A stretch of DNA of 64,000 nucleotides from Octopus sinensis (taxonomy: Eukaryota), in the NCBI RefSeq assembly GCF_006345805.1, contig NC_042997.1:144212001-144276000 (forward strand). The letters are read 5' to 3'. The position numbers were made by a program, and so were the translations under genes. Under the pieces are notes generated by a model. That model was not told the origin of the DNA and did not search any database. It saw only the letters and a list, made by a program, of their open reading frames with translations. Each line of letters opens with the position of its first letter. Within the stretch, counting starts at the first letter, position 1. Below are positions 57,949 through 64,000 of the stretch, piece after piece.

Positions 57949-58233
57949 CATATCAGAACATCCGTCGAAGACTATTTCAGTTGCTCCATCAACTGAATCA
58001 CTCACAGACAGATGTAGCTTGAATGTGCTCCTTATGCAGAATCAGATCGATAATGTGATACGACAGACCTTCCGAAACTACATGTAATGTCAATCTGACA
58101 GGTTTCCAAAGTTTCCGCTTACATAATTTCATTTGCTAGGTTTGGCTGAAAACACACTTGCTTATGATGTCAAGAACCCAGGATCTCACAGTTGCGAAGT
58201 AAGCATTTTAAGCACTAGGCCATGCCTGTATCC

Positions 58234-58305
<72 letters not shown>

Positions 58306-58415
58306 AGGAGGGAGAGAGAATTTCTTTATTCACCATAAGTTTGAGAAAAAGAGGGGACGATACCAGAGAGAGAGACAGACGTCCATTCAGCCTTGCCAAC
58401 AACATTGGCATTCAG

Positions 58416-60074
58416 CCTTGCACATTACTGGTATTATCGAACTTTGAGGCAGAGTCGAGAAAGCAGTTTCAACTTCACGACAATGAAATAATGATTAAAA
58501 GCAGGTTTTGCAAAGTATTGGTTCGCTGTCTTTCAAATGCGCCAATATATACTTTTTTTAATGTTTGTTTGTGTTTGTAATTTTTTCCTTTAACGAAAAA
58601 TGGCTATCTTTTCATCTGAGAAGATAGAGAGGCGAGGAATCCCTGCGTGATCGTGCGGCCAGGCTAGAAATAGCAACCAAATCTCAACTTCTTCCATCCT
58701 ACCATCTTAAGAAATAACAAACTGGATGATGCTGTCCCCGATACGTTATGTAAGAAAATAAAATGATGGGTTGCTGTTGTTTTTTGCTCAACTAGGGTTA
58801 ACCTAGGGCTAAACATTGACAAAATCCATATTTGCGGTGTGTAGTCGCTTAAATCGACAGCAGTATTTGATTTGTACTTTATTTTATTTGGAGGATGAAA
58901 AGTAATGCGCAGTGATGCGAACCGGGTTCTATGAGCATCGCATCATTCAAGTTATGTATATTTTTTGCGAAAAGCATGAACCTCACAACAACCCATTTCA
59001 CTTCTGATCTATAAATCTGAAACTGTGCTTATATAATCCCCGTCATTACAAAAAAAAGCAAAAATTGAAAATATTTAAAATATGGTTCGTTTATACTTTT
59101 TTTACTTGTGTCAGTCATTGTAGCCATGCTGGGGCATCGCCTTGAAGGGTTTAGTCGAATAAACTGGCCCCAATACTTATTTATTTTATGAACCGATACG
59201 TTACGGGGATGTAAACAAACCAACACCAGTTGTCAAGCGGCGGAGCGACAAACACATATGACCAACTTCCACTCAAATTCACTCACAAGGAATCGGTCGG
59301 TCCGGGACTATAATAAAAAGAAGAAAAATGCGCAAATTGCTGTGCTGGAGGCCCGAACCCGAAACCGCATGGTTGCAAAGTGAGCTTATAAACCGTGCAG
59401 GCACGCATGATTTCTTAAATTTTATTTTATTATTTTTTTAAGAGACCTATAGTAAGTTCACTTGGTGCAGCTCTCCTGCTTTACGTAGTGGATTGGCAGA
59501 ATTGTTAGAGCGTTGGATAAAATACCTTTAAGTATTTAGTCACATCCTTTTCTTTTCTGAGTTCAATCCTCGTTGAAATCAACTTTACTTTTCATACTCC
59601 AAATAAAATAAAGTACAAATCAAATACTGCTGTCGATTTAAGCGACTACACACCGCAAATATGGATTTTGTCAATGTTTAGCCCTAGGTTAACCCTAGTT
59701 GAGCAAAAAACAACAGCAACCCATCATTTTATTTTCTTACATAACGTATCGAGGACAGCATCATCCAGTTTGTTATTTCTTAAGATGGTAGGATGGAAGA
59801 AGTTGAGATTTGGTTGCTATTTCTAGCCTGGCCGCACGATCACGCAGGGATTCCTCGCCTCTCTATCTTCTCAGATGAAAAGATAGCCATTTTTCGTTAA
59901 AGGAAAAAATTACAAACACAAACAAACATTAAAAAAAGTATATATTGGCGCATTTGAAAGACAGCGAACCAATACTTTGCAAAACCTGCTTTTAATCATT
60001 ATTTCATTGTCGTGAAGTTGAAACTGCTTTCTCGACTCTGCCTCAAAGTTCGATAATACCAGTAATGTGCAAGG
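58416..60074. repeat. Near-identical 490-bp inverted duplication (58416-58905 / 59585-60074), 679-bp spacer
   Basis: The arms match by inspection; I found only two substitutions. Confidence 0.9.
59095..59405 (-). mobile_element. SINE family A remnants in the spacer
   Basis: 3' module and degraded 5' half on the minus strand. Confidence 0.65.
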
Positions 60075-60118
60075 ATCGATGTAATCAATAGTATGATATC
60101 CTTAGGGAAAAAAAACCC

Positions 60119-60523
60119 GGCGATCTTTCGTCTCTAGTAGACCTTTCCGTCGATTTCCGTAAAAATTTTATTTTTTTTTTACATATGGGCTTGCGGGAAC
60201 TTTTGAAGTAATATACATACATATACACATACACCGAGTAAAAAATTTCAGTTATCTCTTTCTTTCACACACACTAACAGAAGCACTTCACTTACACAAC
60301 ATACTGTCTGTCTCCCACACCCCATCAAACACACACACACACACACATGTCCATCAATGCTCCCATGCACGGTAACTTCAAAAGAACTTCCTTCGTCATA
60401 CAATCGCTTTCTCTTAGTCTCTTTCGCTCTCATTACTTCAAAAGTTCCCGCAAGCCCATATGTAAAAAAAAAAAAATTTTTACGGAAATCGACGGAAAGG
60501 TCTACTAGAGACGAAAGATTGCC
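60119..60523. mobile_element. MITE with ~93-bp TIRs and 8-bp TSD
   Basis: TIR GGC(G/A)ATCTTTCGTCTCTAGTAGACCTTTCCGTCG...GAAGTAAT. AAAAACCC on both flanks. Confidence 0.85.
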
Positions 60524-60779
60524 AAAAACCCCTTCGGTTTAGTCACAACAAAACAGTTTTCGAAGGTGAAGTAAATAAAATCAGGCCAGTTGGGATTTTC
60601 GCAACTTGAGTCTCTTTGTCTTCACTTTTTCGTTCTTACGCTGTTGTTGTTGCTATGAAGGAGATACAGAAAAAGATAAATTCATTGAACATATAAGAGT
60701 TTCTTTCAAGAATGTGATAGATGCGAATAATGACAACTTCCAATTCTCTCTCTCTTTCATACACACACATACGAACACA

Positions 60780-60930
60780 ATAATATCGGATTTTACATTC
60801 CGAGTTCAATTCCCGCCGAAGTCAACTTTGTCTTTTATCCTTCCGGGAACGATAAAATAAGTACCAGTCAAGTTTTACGGTCTCTGGTAAAATAATAAAG
60901 CAGCTTCCCTCAAAATTGCTAACCTGTGAC
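60780..60930 (+). mobile_element. SINE family B remnant
   Basis: GAGTTCAATTCCCGCCGAAGTCAACTTTG.CTTT.ATCC.TCCGGG..CGATAAAATAAGTACCAG. Confidence 0.65.
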
Positions 60931-61812
60931 TAAATCAGTAACTACACACAAGAAAATTCAACGCATATTAAAGCGGCATGTTACAAAGTGACCCAAGGGC
61001 CGAGTGTTTCGTACATAAACACTTATAATACATCACTTTCGTTAAGCGCCTATAGACGAAGCCCTTGAGAAACTTTGTAACTTCTGACGAAGTAGTAACA
61101 TACATAAACACTTTGTTTATTGTTTCCTCACCCGCCTGTACTTTTCTGTGAGTGTGTTTTTTGGTACAATTTTGAACAACACACACACAGTGGTCACAAT
61201 GCCTTTTGACAAGTTCAAAAAACCATTACGAAAAATTTAGAAGAGGTGGCAACAAAATTTTTGGTGCATATTAATATAATTATTAAAGTTTTTTTTTTTA
61301 ATGATATTAATAGTTTTATTGAAGTTATGTGTTTGTTTCAGACCGCAATTAATGTTGTAATTTCAATAAATTTTTCTGTTTATCTAATGACTGTGGACAA
61401 CCTCTCTCTCTTTCTCTCTCCCGAATCGAGGTAAAGAATAGGCACACCACCCGTTTTCGGCGTAACTAACTCTGAACAGCGGGTGAGCGTATTCTTTACC
61501 TTCGACACACACACATACATATAATATATATGCTGGAAAAGATGTTTTCCTGGGTTAAAAAAAAAGGCCGTACCGTAACAGTGTCCTAACCAGTATAGCC
61601 AATTTACTTTGGCAAATAAATTTTACTCTGTAGTACTGTTACTACTTTTCGCTCAGAGATTTAAAACTATATAAATAAATAAGGATAAGATCGATATTTA
61701 AATACTGATCTTATCAATAAAAGATGGGAATAAAAACCTTCAAAGGTAATAATTACTAAGAGTTTTGACTGCTATTTCCAGCGTGGTGGTATCTCTTAGA
61801 TACCCTAAATTG

Positions 61813-61862
<50 letters not shown>

Positions 61863-63441
61863 ATCATTCGCTCTACAAGTTTGAAAAGCATTAGATATGG
61901 AACTTAATACCGAGTGTTTACTTATAAGCTCTCAATCACACACACACACACACATGTATACATGTTTATATCCTCTGTCTCCGCTTTTTGCCGACAGATG
62001 TCGCTCAGTGCTGCCGTCGTCAATGTTGTCGTCGCAACAGCAGCAGCAGCCACCCTGCCTTCTTCTGCACCAAAACATCTACACATAGGCTTCCCCAGAT
62101 TTCAACGGATATATTAGCGAGTGTGTGTTTATGTTCGAAATTAACAAGAAAGCAAAAAAATCATAGAAGAGATTTGCGACGATACGTCGCCAATTTTTGT
62201 CAAGATTGTTGTTAATGATCAAAAAGAATTTATAAATGGGAAGTAAGAGGCGCAACACTTCAGTTGCTAGCAATTCGATTCTGTCACCCTTTTATTATAA
62301 TAGTAATTATTATTATGAATTTGTTATCTTTTTTCTTATATCTCCGCCACGCAAAAGGTGATATTGTACTTTAAAAATGTTCGAATTCCAGGGAAGCTAG
62401 GAAACACTAGGATGGTATGTAAGGCAAGTTCTTTACTAATTTAGTTCCCGTCCCGTTCGAAAACGAACAAACATAAAAAAAAGCAAAAACATTTGAACAT
62501 TACAAAACTAATAACCGTATCGGTACTGAACACTTATGCAATGGGATAAAAACTAACTTTCTTCGTTATTTAAGATTAGGTAGGTTCTGATATACTTTTA
62601 TACAATGTTTTCTATATTAAAATTAAGTAGTCTTTGCTATTTCCTGAATTTTTAACGTCACGTAATTGTTGTTAGATTGCATCGGCTTTCCTGTAAAATC
62701 AAATATGCGTGCGTGCGCGCGTGTAGAAATGTACGTTTAATGAATGCAGTTAAATTAAAATTCAAAACCTTAGTAACTGATTTCGATAAATCTTCAGATT
62801 AATTGAGGACATCAGAAAATACCATGTTGCTATGTTTTCTTTGTTTCTTTTTTTTTTTTTTGCCACTGTAAACACATTAATGACGAATGAATTTCAGAAA
62901 TGAAAATGAAATGACAATTAATTGCAGTAGTTAGTAATAATAATAATAGCACTAATTTATTATTCAATAAAGGCCTATGGAATTTATATTGCTATAAGAA
63001 CTTTTTTTTTTGTTTAGATTCGGTATTTATTTTAGAGTTTGAATATGTCAAAGACTGATCTCGAGCTCCGTTTCTCTTCATTCAAACTCGTAAAAATATT
63101 CTTGAAAAATATATATTTATATATACCTTCTAGTATGTGTCCTAATTAATCCAGTAACATCTCGCTGTTGTATTTGTAACGACAAATTCTTTTTTTCGAG
63201 ATGATATTGGTTGGAGAAAGTAAGCAATTTGGCTAGATAATGGCTATCCGTCGTGTTCTTTAAGAAAAATAAAAATAAACAAACCGCTCTTTAAACTTTC
63301 ATGAGACAAACACGAAAGCTAAACAAACCACATACACACAAAAACGGAACTCACTACTTGATGTTTTCTCTCCGCTTTTCGAATGCTTACAAACTCGTGT
63401 TATTGAACCAAGAATGTTTTTAAAACGTGGTGATAGAAGGA

Positions 63442-63522
63442 CCAATCTGTTTTATTGGCGTCACGGTGATAGGAGAGAAATACTAGCGCTCCTTGGCGAA
63501 ATAAATTAAGCAAGAGGCGGAG
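63442..63522. promoter_or_regulatory. Possible promoter elements (convergent CCAAT/ATTGG boxes, GC-box-like GAGGCGGAG) in CpG-rich unique DNA
   Basis: CCAAT at 63442, ATTGG at 63454, GAGGCGGAG at 63514. Motif presence only. Confidence 0.25.
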
Positions 63523-64000
63523 CAGTAGGAAACAGCATGCGTAAAATTCCTGCCTCCTCTCAGAATCATATAAATATATATATATGTGTGTGTGTGTATA
63601 TGAATGGTATGAAATGATGCTTACACTATCTCTGCATATATTTCTCTTCTCTCCGAAAAAGCCTTCCCTACTTCTTTCTCGCCTTACCATTCGCTCTAAT
63701 ATCCAGCAAGACCCTTTCTTTCTCCGATTCCCGTTCTCGCTCTATTTACCAATGTCGTTTCCTCCCTCTCCTTCTCTTCCTCTCTTTATGTTTCGCTAAA
63801 TCTCCCCCCATTACCCCCTTTAACTTCCACTTATCATCACCACCACCTCCATCATCACTACCGCCTCCTCCATCGTCACGGCTCCTGCTACCGTTCGCTC
63901 TCTCTCTTTCCCTTTACATACCCCCATTCCCCCCCACCTAGAATTTGGTTATTTATATGTTTTCGTTTTTTAATTCTTTCTTCTCTTCTTGTTGCCATTC

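Noticed and set aside
58416-60074. Long-TIR (Mutator/Foldback) transposon
   Set aside because: There is no TSD, and the inner arm boundary truncates a pre-existing SINE.

Overview
AT-rich eukaryotic DNA, almost certainly an Octopus (coleoid cephalopod) genome segment. This is inferred from my recognition of the dominant SINE/LINE consensus sequences, not from a database search. I cannot support any intact host protein-coding gene. Nearly all ORFs in the supplied track are translations of microsatellites (TA, TATG, CA, GA, AAT, GAT, GAA) or of repeats. Retroelement content: many copies of two tRNA-type SINE families, and numerous 3' ends of an RTE-clade LINE. One RTE copy is 2.3 kb long, has a PHD-type C4HC3 finger inside the RT, and carries a 15-unit dimeric tandem array in its 3' UTR. 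There is also a Penelope-like ORF fragment. DNA transposon relics: Tc1, mariner, Tigger, hAT MITEs with 8-bp TSDs, a GIN/Ginger-type integrase interrupted by a hAT derivative, and Helitron-like elements. Rearrangements: a ~2.1-kb tandem triplication, a ~1-kb tandem duplication that looks like a long-read artefact, and a 490-bp near-perfect inverted duplication. The most striking signal is at least eight unrelated-looking loci that fold by hand into minimal type I hammerhead ribozymes with (near-)palindromic stem III. They include core variants (a compensatory U3-A8 pair, A6U) and several sit in fold-back elements with the ribozymes pointing outward. A marked CpG-poor to CpG-rich transition at about 42-45 kb suggests a methylation-domain (gene-body) boundary. 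All structures were derived by eye; none were computed.
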